A stretch of 64,000 bases of DNA from Aplysia californica (taxonomy: Eukaryota). Each line of letters opens with the position of its first letter. Within the stretch, counting starts at the first letter, position 1. The notes under the pieces were generated by a model. It searched no databases, had not been told where the DNA came from, and was given only the letters and a program-made list of their open reading frames with translations. A program made the position numbers and the translations under genes. Location of the stretch: contig NW_004797336.1 of assembly GCF_000002075.1 (NCBI RefSeq), forward strand, positions 34,315-98,314. Direction: 5' to 3'. This document shows, one piece after another, positions 14,901 through 28,700 of this stretch.

Positions 14901-17900
14901 AATCCCAGTGTGAATAATAATATGTATTCACATAACAAATCGAAAAAAATTCAAATGCGTCTAATCATCATCATCATTGCCTTTCTCACCCACCACCAGG
15001 ATATAGGCCGCGAACTAACACTTTCCACCTTTCTCTATCCTGGGCTAGCCTCTTGGTGTTATTTCATGTCTTCCCACTTTTCCTACTTTTCTGTACATCC
15101 AAAATGCGTCCAATGCTGTGTCAGTAATCAATAACAGCAGCACAGCATTCAGCTAGACCTCCTCTTCTTCTTCTTCTTTTTCTCCTCCTCCTCCTCCTCC
15201 TTCTTCTTTTTTTCGTCTTCTTCTGTTTCTGCTACTACTGCTAGAGCACTTCCCTGTTAGATCTAAAATAGACGATAGCAGGTTCTTCACCTTACAGTAT
15301 AATTTTATCCTGCTGGTAAGTAGGCAGTGTCCTTCTCATGCCAGGCAGACATATTTGATTACACACACCAAGAGACACGCCAGGCTCTCTATAAAAAGAC
15401 CTATAAGCCAGTGGAGTTCTCACTTGACAATGTCCATAATTCAGAGGTGTTAACTGGATATACACCCAAAAAAATCATACACTTTTCAGATCCCATGGAA
15501 ACGGGGACTCAGATTTCATAGATCATTTTGCCAAATGCATCTCGTATCAAGATTACTTTTATATATAAAGTGCAACTACTTCTCAATGATCAGCCTGAAA
15601 TCAGGCAAAAATTCCAAAGAATCTCAGGAATCTGGGTTTTCAGATTTATTCAGAAGTTCGGCACCTCTGGTAAGTTTGTCCCACCGAGAGAGTACCTGTC
15701 CACAGTGCGGGCACGTGAAGCCCGACTCCTGACTCTGGTGCGTGCGCTGGTGTTCCTTGAGCATGAATTTGGTGTGGCATTCCTTGTCACAGATGTCGCA
15801 GCGGTTGCTGCTCCAGCCAGGAGGAAGCGGCATGCCGTGTTTGAAGTAGCGGTGGTAGTGCAGGTAGTAGGCCCTCCCTACCGTGCTGTGGTAGCCACAC
15901 AGTTCGCAACTCTAAATGAAAGGGGAACAGCAGTTTCGTTTGAGTTTTAGTAAAGGTTTTACAGCGCTTGCAAGTTGCAACTGTATAAGGTCATACGAGA
16001 GCCAAGGGGTGGATGTCAACAGAGAAGTCCTTACAGGGAATCAGATTTACTCTGCTCACCTCTCTAGCTTCATCAGCACAAAGTCTGCTTCAACTATCAA
16101 GGCACCCCGGAAATAGTGGGTCCCAAAAGAGTGACAAACATACAAAAGACGTAGAGGAAAATGACAATAGTAAGGATTAGGAAAGAAAAAGCAGCAGTTC
16201 CCTGTTGCAGTTCAGGCATAGTTATGAGCGTGACATGATGAATCAGCCCATTTACAATTCTACTGCGCTTGAACGAGAAATGTCTCTCCTTTGGGAATGG
16301 CCTAAAGACACTACAGTCAGTGGCACTGCCCCGGGGGGCAAAGGCACTTCAAGAGGATAACAAACACAAAAAAGGAGGAGAGATAAGGACGATAGATGTT
16401 CGACAGGAAAGAAGGAGCAAAACATACCAGAGCACCTGCCAACACGTGGATGCAATACAATTATTCCCCCCACCGAGCCTACAGGGGGGCAAGACACCTA
16501 ATCCCACACAAATTTACTGGGAAGACAGATGTTACATGAACCTTGAACAATCCACCCTAAAAAACCCACCAGATCAGGACTTTAGCTTTAGTAAGAGTTT
16601 TACGGCACTTGCAACACAATTAGGTCATATAAGTGCCGAAGATTAGAGGTGTTACAAGAGAGTAACAAACACAAAAAAAGAAGGAGGAGAGATAAGGACA
16701 ATAGATGTCTGATAGGAAAGAAGCAAACCACACTAGAGCACCTGCCAACCAACCGCAGATCAGGACTACAACAACAGTCATTTTCACCTGAGAAACATCC
16801 TTCCCTTGGCCTATTGTCACCTGCTCCAGCACACAGTCTGGCTCTGTGCCATGATTCAACACGTGCTTGATGGTGCGCCGCGCACTCTTCACCACAGCCT
16901 GACATAGCTTGCAGATGAAATGATTCCTCTGGGGCTTGTCAGACTTGGATCGCTTTAAACAAAAAACAAACAAAAAAGGAAAAGAGATAAATTTAACACA
17001 ATGGTATTAAGTTGTGAAAGATAATAACAGTGTTTTACTCCACCATCAGCTTGGAAGGACGGCTCAGGACAGAGATAAATGGAAGGAGCTTGTTTGTGGC
17101 TGCCAGGGGTGAAAGGCATTGATGATGATGATGACTCCACCATCAATTAAGTTTAAGTCATTAAAAAGGCAGGCACCTTCAATCATTCTTGCCAAGGCAC
17201 TTGAAAAAAAAAAAAGAAATACTTGACAAAATACTTTCCCTATATTGGGAAATCAAACTTATTTCCTTTTCTTTTCATAACCTACTGAAAACATAATTCA
17301 TTTAACAATTTTAATTTGTGACGTTACTCTCACTTTTCACCACTTCTAGATTTAGATCAAATACTAGAAAACTAGTAGCATATACCACACAAATGTCTTG
17401 TAAACAGAATGAAAACAAATATACTTTACAAAATAGCCTGCCACTCTCAATGGTCTGCCTAGCTATGCAGATTGTACAGTACAGTAAGGTGACAACAGAC
17501 ATCATGTGCACTTTTACTAGGAGATCAACAATTAATTACTTAGCCTTGTGCAATGAGCCGACATTCAAAAACAGCATTTATTCGCCGTTCATTAGCAGAT
17601 TGCAAACATTCTCAGAAAAAAGAAAAAAATTAAAACACATCTGTCTGCCCCGCTCAATATCAGTTGTAAGACGCACTGAACTATTATCTGCTACGAGGCT
17701 CGAAAGGCAAAAAAGTGACTTTCCATGAAAATATTTGTTTTTTGGACATATTGAAAGTTTAATGTCTTCTTCTTCAATTAAGATAAAAATAAACCATAAT
17801 CTACCACAAATATTTTATTTTGATTTATTTTGGAGGTGAGTGTGGTTTGTTGTGAGCTTGGGTGACGAGATAAAGGAATTTGGACCTTGCTATTGCGTAG

Positions 17901-18344
17901 CTGTGAAATTATTTTTAGAACCATTACCTCATGGCCACCTTTGCTTCAACCAAAGATTCTCCACCAGTGGAAAATCTTTGCTCCAATGTTTTTCGTTCGT
18001 AACTATTTTTTTAGATTTTGACCCCTTTTCGAGCATGAATGGTCTGAAATGTAAACAACTCTGATTGGTAAAACAGAGTAAAAACGGGAACTTCTAGCTC
18101 ACTTTAAGCTTGTTTACGTAAACAGCTGACTGTATGGGTGTGCTCTGCTAGCTGCTATTGCCTGTTGATCTTTCAGTTTTACACTTGGATTGACTTTTTT
18201 TAAATTGAGTTTTACAGCTTTTAAAAGATTAATTAACCTTCCTCTAGATCTCTCAGAGCGGACTCCTAACCAAGAGGCCACCGAGGAGGTCTATGTGCAT
18301 GTGTGAGTATCTGTGTTGGTGTGTTTGTATATGTGTGTGTGCGT

Positions 18345-18380
<36 letters not shown>

Positions 18381-19465
18381 CTGTGTGTGTGTGTGTCTGT
18401 GTGTGAGTGTGTCTGTGTATGTGCTCTCGAGTGTTTATGGTGAAATTGTAAAGGCATAATCAGGTAGCGTAAAAACGGCACGTAAGCAGACTTGCGTCCT
18501 TCCGAGCGTGAGATTTTGGCGAAATGGGGATAATTCAGATCTCTGTTTCTTTGCTCTTTTGCTATAAAACACCAAATGCTGAAAACTTTTGAAAAAGTTC
18601 TGATTTTTTTCGTTATAATACTGTAAGTTGTTTGTATATCCGGGTATTTGGAGCGGGAGAATTGCCGTGGAAAAGGAAGCCCTTCGCGGTCGGAATGCGA
18701 GGTCCCCCGTTTAAAATTGACACCCATGCATTCGAATGCTTTGCAGAAATTGGTTTCCCGTGGTTATTATTTTTGGCCTTAGGAGTTAAGAAAGAAAACC
18801 TTGAAAAAAAAGGGTCTAAGTTTTCAAAGATCATCTAACTTTAACACGAAATGTGTAAAATACCGGCTAAAAAAGATACCAATAGAAAGAACAGTTTTTT
18901 TCCTTTAGAATAAAGTCATCGGCTTAGAATTATTTTGCATGAATCCTGCGAAACTTCCGGGAGCACTCAGTATACTACAGTATTGAGCCAGAAAGGCTCG
19001 CCAAGAAGCTGGTGCGACGCCAGTCGAGACAACCCTCTGTGTTTTTATTGAAATAACGACAGATCATCGAGTTTGAGGCAATAAAATACTGACTTGTAAT
19101 GATCTCAAAGTCTTGAAAAATATTAGGCTTCATTTCTATGCTATAGTGAATGTACTCTTTCATGTAGAGATGTTTGGTGCACTTGGTACTCTTTTACTAT
19201 CTGTCAAACATGGGGCTGCAGCCAGTAAACGACTTCAGCAATATTTTATTATTATGCTGAATTGAAACAGCTGACATTCTCTTAAACATTGACTGAAAGG
19301 TAAAAGTATGATACCAAAATTCTCAGGAGACACATATGGAAACACACACAAACACACACTCACACGAACGCAGAGACAGGCCTACAGAATGCACATATAT
19401 ATGCCTACACATTGGTACACATTCACTTTAATAAACACACATTGGACACACACGCACTCACACAA

Positions 19466-19545
<80 letters not shown>

Positions 19546-19742
19546 TTTTTTTTCTTCCACATTTCAAAATGATTTATAGATTTGAAAGGCCTTTGGCCCA
19601 TACATCCACACATTTTAACATATGGCTCAGCAATTACATACAATGATGCAGCACATCGGATATTTAACATAAATTGGACACGCATGCACACACACTTGCA
19701 CGCAAGCACACACACACATACACACACATGCACACGCACGCG

Positions 19743-19782
<40 letters not shown>

Positions 19783-22700
19783 TACACACATACTTACATG
19801 CATGCCTACATACTACACCTACACACATACCGTACATATCATACATATATACATGCATATACGTACATGCATAAGACGTGTTTTGTCATCAGTTTGTATT
19901 AGGATAAATAGCAATTATTAAAGAAGTAAGTATGGAACAACACACGTATCCACCCATTGACATACGTAAATGACGTATTTCAGGAAAATAAGAACACACA
20001 GAAATAGANNNNNNNNNNNNNNNNNNNNNNNNNNNNNNNNNNNNNNNNNNNNNNNNNNNNNNNNNNNNNNNNNNNNNNNNNNNNNNNNNNNNNNNNNNNN
20101 NNNNNNNNNNNNNNNNNNNNNNNNNNNNNNNNNNNNNNNNNNNNNNTCCATCAATTTCAATCAAAACAATATCCCCACAAGATCAAAACTACGTTTGGCT
20201 CATACACAACGAAACAATGAACTAAACCCCACCTGCTCAAGCAACAGCGTCAACTCCGTCTCCACAGAAATATTCCTCACGTCTGCTGAGCTCGGCAACA
20301 CCACCGACTCCACTTTCCTGGATTTACTGCTGTTCTCTTTGGATTTCTGCAAAAGACCCAACATCAGAAACCTTATACACAAAGAAATGTTTTCAATGCG
20401 AAGGCAGGAACCAGTTCGTCATAAAACTTCCTGTTTGAGAAAATTAAAAAGTAGTAAGTAGCAAACAAGGTTAATGTCAACTTTATTTAGACCTATTCCC
20501 CACAGGAAATTCAGTTTATAGCCTTATTTATCTACGTACTTTGACTACTCATCCCCAGCAAGCCGCCCCCCAGCGGCTCGCTGTCCGAATCACTGCGCCG
20601 GTAAGCCGCTGGGAGCAGCACAGGCAGACTCCTTTATAACGACTTTAGACTTCAAATTAGTTCTTTTACCAGTCCATTCATTAGATGAAAAAATATCAGA
20701 AAAGGTTCACTTATTTTGATTTAATTACTAGTTTAATGATGTATATGTCCCGTTATTTCGCACCAAAAGAGGGCCGTGATGTAGTGGGTTAAAAGACAGA
20801 TTTCACAAATCACCAGCACGAAACATCATGCCTTAACCAAATACACACACAGGGATTACCTGGACAAATGACTATAAACTTTTCCATATGTACCGTATCG
20901 CATTAATTTTTACCTTCTTATACATAACAGAGGGGGGAAAAATCATTCACTGCAACCAGCAGTCTTTGACAAACAATGGCCTTATACTTATACTTCCGTT
21001 ATGTTGTTTCACAAGACAGAAAGTAGTGAGGCCTTATGCAGGACAACCACTATGATCTGCTATGACTAAACAGTGCTTATTTCTACCGTCACAAGGGGGG
21101 AAAAATGAAAGAACGAGAAAGTCCACGGAGCATTTTAAACTCCATATACCGTCATAAAGCTCACCTGTTTCTTCATCACCGTCGACTCTTTCGCCTTAGA
21201 TTTTTCTGCAATGGTTGGTCTTTTCATTGGTTTGGAGAAAGACTTCCGAGGGACAGCCCTGGTCGAAGCTCCTTTCAACCAGCTGGACTTGACAGTTCCC
21301 ACCGTTACTGCGCTTCGCTCCCTGACCTGCCCGGACGGAGCTGACTTCTTGCCCTTTGCACTGACCACACCATCCATCCTTTCTCTTTCCGCTTTCTTAG
21401 AACTGGAACCAAAGCTTTCTTCTGCAAGAGTGTCTTTTTGTTTAAATCTAGCGGATGCCTCCTCCTCAACACTATCAGACTGGACCGAGAGAGGGTCACT
21501 TGACTTGTTCAGGACACAGACAGATTCATTCTCATCAAGCACCGAATCAGATTCCTCTACATTTGGGGCACTGTTTCCTCCAAAGGTCGAGTTATTTTTT
21601 CCTCTAACACTTGTGAGATGATTTCCTCCTACAGCTGGGGTATTTTTTCCTCTTACATTTGAGGCACCACTCCCTCCTACAGCTGAGACATGTTTTCCTT
21701 TCACACTTGAGGAGGTATTCTTTCCCGCTGTCAAAGACGCAGTATTTCTCTCTGCTTCAGATGCCTCATTCTCCAAATTTGGATCTTTTGTAACTACTGA
21801 TCTGAGCGAACTGTCAATACAGGGGTCCACAGAACAGCTTTGTAGAGAATCACTCGCCTTTGGGACACCAAGATTGTCACCTGGTGAGTCTCTACCAAGT
21901 TTCTCGCACTTCTCCATGGGGTTGTGCACATCAGCTCCTGGGAGCTGGTCAGCCACCACATTTTTATTACTCCCATCACACTCTAGCCTTTCATCTGAAG
22001 ACGGCCGCCCTGACGCTCGCAAAAACTCCAGCTCCATTTTGGCCCTTTTCTTAGGCGGGGGTCTCACTTTGGACAGAAAACCCCCGACCTCACTAGACAA
22101 AGATTTCTTCTGCTTGCTCCGGCCACTGCTGCTCCCGCCCTCCGTGTCACTTCCTGTGTGTTTCCTCTGTCGCACCTTGCTCAGCCCCAGCCCTCCATCT
22201 ATCTCCAACAAATGTAGCTTTTTGACCTTCACCTTCACATTGCCCAGGCCAACGTCTTCTGCTAACAAAGATTTTCTGGAATGACATGAGAAAGGTGGAA
22301 GTTATAACAGAAATATAGGATTCATAAGCACATAAGTACATAAACATGCAGATACTTAGCACTCACACAAAGTCTTCCTTTGTTTACAACAGGGGTGCCA
22401 ATTAGTTTATTTTAAAAATCCCGAACTTTTGAAACCCCCTGGAAATGATGACAAGAATGTATAGATCATGAGCAAGGCGTCGCAGTGAAATCAGGGGCTT
22501 GTTAAATCAATAAAATCGAACAAATCAGCATTTTCCCGCCACTCTGGCAATTTTTTTCCCATTTTTGTCTTTTTGGCTCAACATCTTTTGTGTCTATATT
22601 TCTGTATGGATTTAACTAAAAACATTGATTAAAGGCACAAAAATTGTAAATTTTATAGTTTCCAATATAATGGAACTCGCCAAACTTTGGCGGCAATTTT

Positions 22701-25700
22701 CTCGCTAATTTTACCTCTGTAACCAGGCGACCTCCCACCTCCTTCAATCACAAATATCTCGACTTCTATTTAAGATAAATGGTTATTTTTTATTTTGTCA
22801 TGAAGAGCAAGGCAAATGAACACGATTTAAGATGATACTAATTGACAATTGCCTGATTCCACAGTGTCATGACACATACTGTCTAATTGTCAGAGTCATT
22901 TCGTATCATGACTATTTTTATATACAAGTGCAAAATGCAGACAGTTTCAGAAATCTAAATTTCCAGATTCATCCCGAGTAGTAAGAAAAAAATTATATCA
23001 ACAAAATCATGATCAACAAAGAATGCAAAAGAGAGGACAACATACAGAAATGACAAGGGTCAGGAGAAAAGACATTCTCTCAAAAACACACTCCCACAAG
23101 CACAAAAATTATTTGCTTTTTAGTAAGAGTTTTACAGCACTTGCAACACAATAAGGTCATATAAGTGCCGGAGATTAGAGGTGTTACAAGAGAGTACCAT
23201 ACACAAAAAAGAAGGAGGATAGATAAGGACGATAGATGTTTGACAGGAAAGAAGGAGCAAACCACACCAGAGCGCCCGCCAACACGAACAAATATTATTT
23301 ATAAGCATAAAAAAGAAAATAACCCAAATCTACAGGGGTGAAATGAGGTGGGGGGGGAAGGGGTAGGATATGTGAAAATAGCAAAAAGTACAGCTGGCGT
23401 CTATTATGTCGTGGTAGGCGTTTCATTGTCCTACGTAGAAGGCCTAAATTTGATTCCTTTTAGGGGAGAACTTTTAAAGCATATCTCAGTCTTTCTGCAG
23501 AGACGTTGTATCCGTCTCAGCCTGGGTTGGCCCTGACAGGCAGATTCAAAGTCTGCCTCCTAAATTATTTAAGTGGGTGGTTGGCGGGTGCTCTGGTGTG
23601 GTATGCTCCTTCTTTCCTTTCCAACAGTCTATCATCCTTATCTCCTCTCCTTCTTTTTGTGTTTGTTACTCTCTTGTAACACGTCGGCACTTATTTATCC
23701 TATTGTGGTGCAAGTGCCGTAAAACTCTTATTAAAACTAAATTATCTAAATTAGTGTTAATGAGGACGTAAAAAATCACCTATATTAACATCATTTACAC
23801 CATTTACGACTTACTTCACTTTGGTCCTGCGGTTCCGCTTAAAGATTTTGTGGTGGAAAGTGTGCGAGTCTTCTTCCCGCGACGCCAGGTCCCTGTCTGA
23901 CCCGTCAGCAGATGCCGCGCTCTTCCCTGACACAGGAGACTTGTTACTGGTGCGTAATCCTGTACCGAGGAGAATGGTGAACCCTGTTAGGTTATTTAAG
24001 AGGCACGACTTCCGAGTTCTATGTCCATCTCCAAAAGGACCGAGCCAAGTGTGAATTCCTGTAAAGAGCCTTTCCCAAGGACACAATGTCAGACAGAGCT
24101 GAGGCCAGAACCCCCGAACCTGCAATCTCATGATTATGAGTCTGGTAGCCTAACCACAAGGCTACCGATGCCACTAAGTAAAATGGTAACACAGCAGACA
24201 TGTACAAGCATACCTAAATGATGATATAAGGAGAAAAAATCATTAGAAACCCACTTTACTTTATATCAATACAGAATGTATAGGAGGATGCCTGATAAAG
24301 AACCAAACGTTTCTCATTACTTTCACATAGCCTGGTTTTTTCATCTAATTCTCACTTAAAACTATTTAAGTTATTTCTATTTCAGTTAACTAATGGATTT
24401 GGAGAGTAGTTGGTTGGAGGGTGGTGTTTGGAGCTTTCTTTCCTTTTTGTTTTTCTATGGGGATGTTTAATAAAGAACAATACAGTCGATCCTGCCCTGA
24501 CGGCCAACTCTATAAGACGGCCACCTGTACAAACGGCCGCTTTCTATTTCCCTCCAGGCGTTTTTTCTATATAATTTAACTGTGTAAAACGAGCACCTAT
24601 CTAATGCGGCCGCAGCCACCATATTTTAACACACAACCCCTATCATACTAAACAATAACACCTGTCTTAGACGGCCACCTTAGTGACTCCATTACGTTTT
24701 GTTAAAAATCATGCATTGTTGGCCCCTGCCGTTGTGGGTGAGCCGTCAAATCCAATCACCTGTTGCATTTGTTGTTAGGTAGTCCCTCCAACCCATCATG
24801 TCGCGTAGGCCCCTCCTACTGTTGACCAATAGGTAACAAATTTTCAGCTGCTGGTGAGGTAAGCGTGTGATCCCCCCATAACCCATAAGCCCTGCCCAGA
24901 ACTCATACAAAAATCGTAAGTGAGATGTGTGGTCACTGTTTACCCAGTCTGTAACAAAGTAGCAATGGACGTCAACATGAACTTGTAACAGAAGCGTTGC
25001 TCGTTCTCCGAGGGGAGGCGACCCGTGTGTTTGTTTTACCATAGCACCCGGTCCTCCTTGTCTGACACATTTGGTTTTATTTTCACCCTTGCACAAAAGC
25101 AGCAACAAAAGAAGAAAAAAAACAAGAAAAAAAACAGCGAAAACAACAACAACAACAATAACAGCAACAACAACAATGCGGCTGCCTTCAGTTGGGACCT
25201 CAGAAAGGAATGGTTTGTTTTCTTCATCTTGGTCAGTCCTGCTTAAGACGGCCACCCGTCTTATACGGCCACTTTTCTCCTTGACAATGGGTGGCCGTCT
25301 TACACAAGTTCAACTGTACCTTGCCCACTGCATTAAATGTAGTTGTGCAAAACTGGGGAGGATTCCTTTTTCCATGATTACATTTCACCTCCTATTATTT
25401 CTGAAAAAAAATCATCTCAGCTTGTCTTCTATTCTACCAGACAGAAAAAAAAATGTCATTACCAGTCGAAATTTGTAAATGATTTCTCATGCTTTGTTGG
25501 GTCGATCAAAAATATCTCAAGCAAATTACAAAATGTCTCAAGACCATAAGACTGAAGGTTTCACTATCTATATTAAAAGATAGAACCCTGGGGGGGAAAA
25601 AACTAGACTTGCGTTAAAAACGGATGTTACGCCCAAAAGGAAGAGCCATAAAGGTCCCTTCAACATACGGCTGCCCCACACCCCCACATATAATGCCAAT

Positions 25701-28700
25701 ATCACTCATCACCAAAATTTAATCTCTGCATACGGCACACATCAAAAAGTGTAGAGAGAAAATGTTATACCACCACAGGGGTGACTGCACATACCAGTAG
25801 CAGCTGACAACGGGTCGGAGAGAGGCGACACGTCCATAGAGGAGGTCGCGGGTACCAACTGCCTGCTGTTCTCCTCAGTCCCCGGGTTTCGACCAAATCC
25901 CACACTGGACACATTCAGCGTCTGGAGACCTGAGGGGGCAGTTGTTGCAGCCTCAAAGTTCTTTGCTGGTGCTTGACCACTGGTCACACTCATACATGAT
26001 GTCATCAGGGCATCTCTGACAGAAGATACGTTGACAGACAAGCCACTTGAGGTGACGCCGCAAGCTGACGACACCCCAGAGTCGCATGACGCTGCTATCA
26101 GACTGTCAAAAGTGACGGGGAGCAAGTTGCTTTCTGATGATGTGGTGAGTACAGCATTATTGACAATCGACTGGCTCAGCGGTTGCTGAGAGCTGGCCAT
26201 TGATGAGGATGCTCCAGATTTCTCTGAATTCATCTGCTGGATAAGCCTTTTTCTAAACCCTTGAGGTGTGGAAGACTGCGAGGTGATTTTGATCTTCGAT
26301 GGGGGAGGGCTCACCTCAGGTGGCTGAAGAGATCTAAGAGGTGAAGATACAGAGAGTGTGGATGCGGAGGCTGGTGGACCACTAGCAGAAGATGGGGAGG
26401 TACGCAGCTCCGAGTCGAGATCGCGAATAACCTTCTGGAGGTCAGCATCCTCTGAACCCATGTTGTTGACAATTGACTCCAGAAGATGACTCACAGAGTT
26501 GCTACCCCCTTCCCATATCTCTGAGTCACTTACGTTAGATCTGTCAGGGATTCCAAAAGATGAACTTCGAATGCTCTTCAAATCACCAACACTCTCTCTT
26601 GCATTCTCTGCAGTCACTGATTTGGTTTGCAGATTGTCCTTCCCTATGGAATCCTTTAGAACCTCCTCACTGCATGACCTGTGAACAATGCTCTTCTTGA
26701 AAGATCTCTTCGCAGACTGTCTGACCATAGCAGAGTCAGGGTGTTTCATCATAACATCAGGCACCTTAGTTACCTCCGTCACGCCTACTGATTTCCCAAA
26801 CTGAATACTCACAGGATCTTTGCCTTCTGCAGAGTTCAACACTTCCAAATTCTGCACATTCTCAATCTTACTGTGACCACTGCCACTTCTGACAGGGGTC
26901 GACAGTTCAGAGCCACAAACAGCCATCTCATTTCTGGCAGCTGATTTGATAAACTCCTTCTTTTTTGACAAAGATGAAGGTTTTTCTCTCTGGCCGGTAG
27001 ACACTTTCTTCCGATCAAGCCCCGAAGCCAGTGCGGCATACGACACAAAGTTTCTGTTGCCACCTCGGGCCCAGCGTGTCCCGTAACTGTGAGCAGAGAG
27101 TTTTGCGGCTGCAGCAGCTTCTGCAATCTCCACTGTCGTGCGTGCAGTCTTGGGTTCTACTGATGGAGAGGATACAAAACAGGACTTTTTCCTCTCTCCA
27201 TCTGCCCTAGACGACGACGAAGAGGTAGTGCTCCTCTCCACGATAACATCATCAACATTTGGTTTTCTGTCCCTGACACAGGGAATTCTGCTCTCCTCCA
27301 GCCTTGAGTTTGAATCAGATTTTGACTCAATTCCAACACAGCTATCTTTCCCTTTCCCTGAAGGACATACCGTTGCAGAACTACTCAACTGAAGAATTTC
27401 CCCAGCACCAGAGCCACTGACACTCACAGATTCCATCAGAGCATCTGATGTACATGTTTGCTTGGGAGACAAGCAGCCTTTTTTCCCAACTTTCAAAGCA
27501 GTCTGAGAGGAGGCAGGATTGTTGTCACTGGACACACCGACTTTAACTCCTAACACTCTACTCTTGGACGGTGACACAGTCTTCTGCTTCGTCTTCTTCA
27601 GCATGACCCACTCCTCCTGTCCACGTTCTCCGGCCTCGCTGGTCGAGCGGTCAGTCTGAGTGGAAGCATCCATCGACCAGTCCCAGCGACCAGTATTGAC
27701 CGCCCGTTCCTCATACACCTTCCCCCCAGCAGCTGCAGTTGCGTCAGTGGAACAACTCTTATCCCTTTTCTTAAGCACTGGTGTAGAGACTACAAGCTGC
27801 GGTTTTTTAACTTGACTGCTCGAGATCCTCATATGAGTCATCACGTCACGGCATAACTTTTGCACAGATGGCATGCGGAGACTGGACGCCAGAACATACA
27901 CATCCAGCACATTAGTGTGGGTCAGCGGACCATGACCCACGTAGACAAGGCTGAGGAAGGTGGAAAGGGAGCTGGACTTAATGCTGTCACAGTTGACCAC
28001 CAGCATGACAGACGGAGAGGACCCCTGGCTTGGCTCCGGTGGTCGCATCGTGTGCAGCAAGGCGGTCAGCTCCTGGCTAAGGGAACACAGCACAACTTGG
28101 TGCACCTAAAGAATGAAAGAAAAACTGAATGAAAAACTGAAAAAGTAAAAAAAAAAAATTATTAATGAAACCTTAACATACCAAGGAATAATGAATTAAC
28201 AAGCATTGACAAGAAATTACAAATGACAAAGTTACCAGCAAAAGTGGCTGTCAAACAGGCTAAAGAATTATGCAACTTATCTCCACAGCCACCTCAACAG
28301 CAATACAGGTCCCTTGGCAAAGTAATGTAATGGAGCCCCTACCAACATACAAAAGTACTGTTTAGTATAAATTTATCAACAACAAATTCTAACGCTCATA
28401 GAATAAAATAGGACCCTCTGCCCATGATGCCACCAGTTATCATTGCGGAGCAAACAATACAAAGTTTAACCCTATAACCTACCCCTTGTGAAAAGAATAA
28501 AACAGTTCCCATCCATCCAACTTCCACTTATTAATTGAACCTATAGAGATTAAAGTGAAAGCTACATAAATCATCGAATGTATGTGACCCCTCTTAAAAT
28601 TATAATTCAACATTTGTACATTGACTTAATACACTATAAGAGGCCATGGAATAAAAGACACTGAAAGTGTTTGTAAAAAAAATAAACGGCTGTTTTTTAA

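Noticed and set aside
19308-19902. Several 60-110 aa ORFs (HTHT, ERER, VCVC)
   Set aside because: Translations of dinucleotide microsatellites.
20347-20430. Alternative acceptor at 20431 for the small exon
   Set aside because: Gives GAA GTT TTA TGA, an immediate stop in the required phase.
24746-25478. ORFs with hydrophobic or poly-N/K runs
   Set aside because: They lie within a MITE containing (AAC)n and A-rich tracts; no domain motifs.
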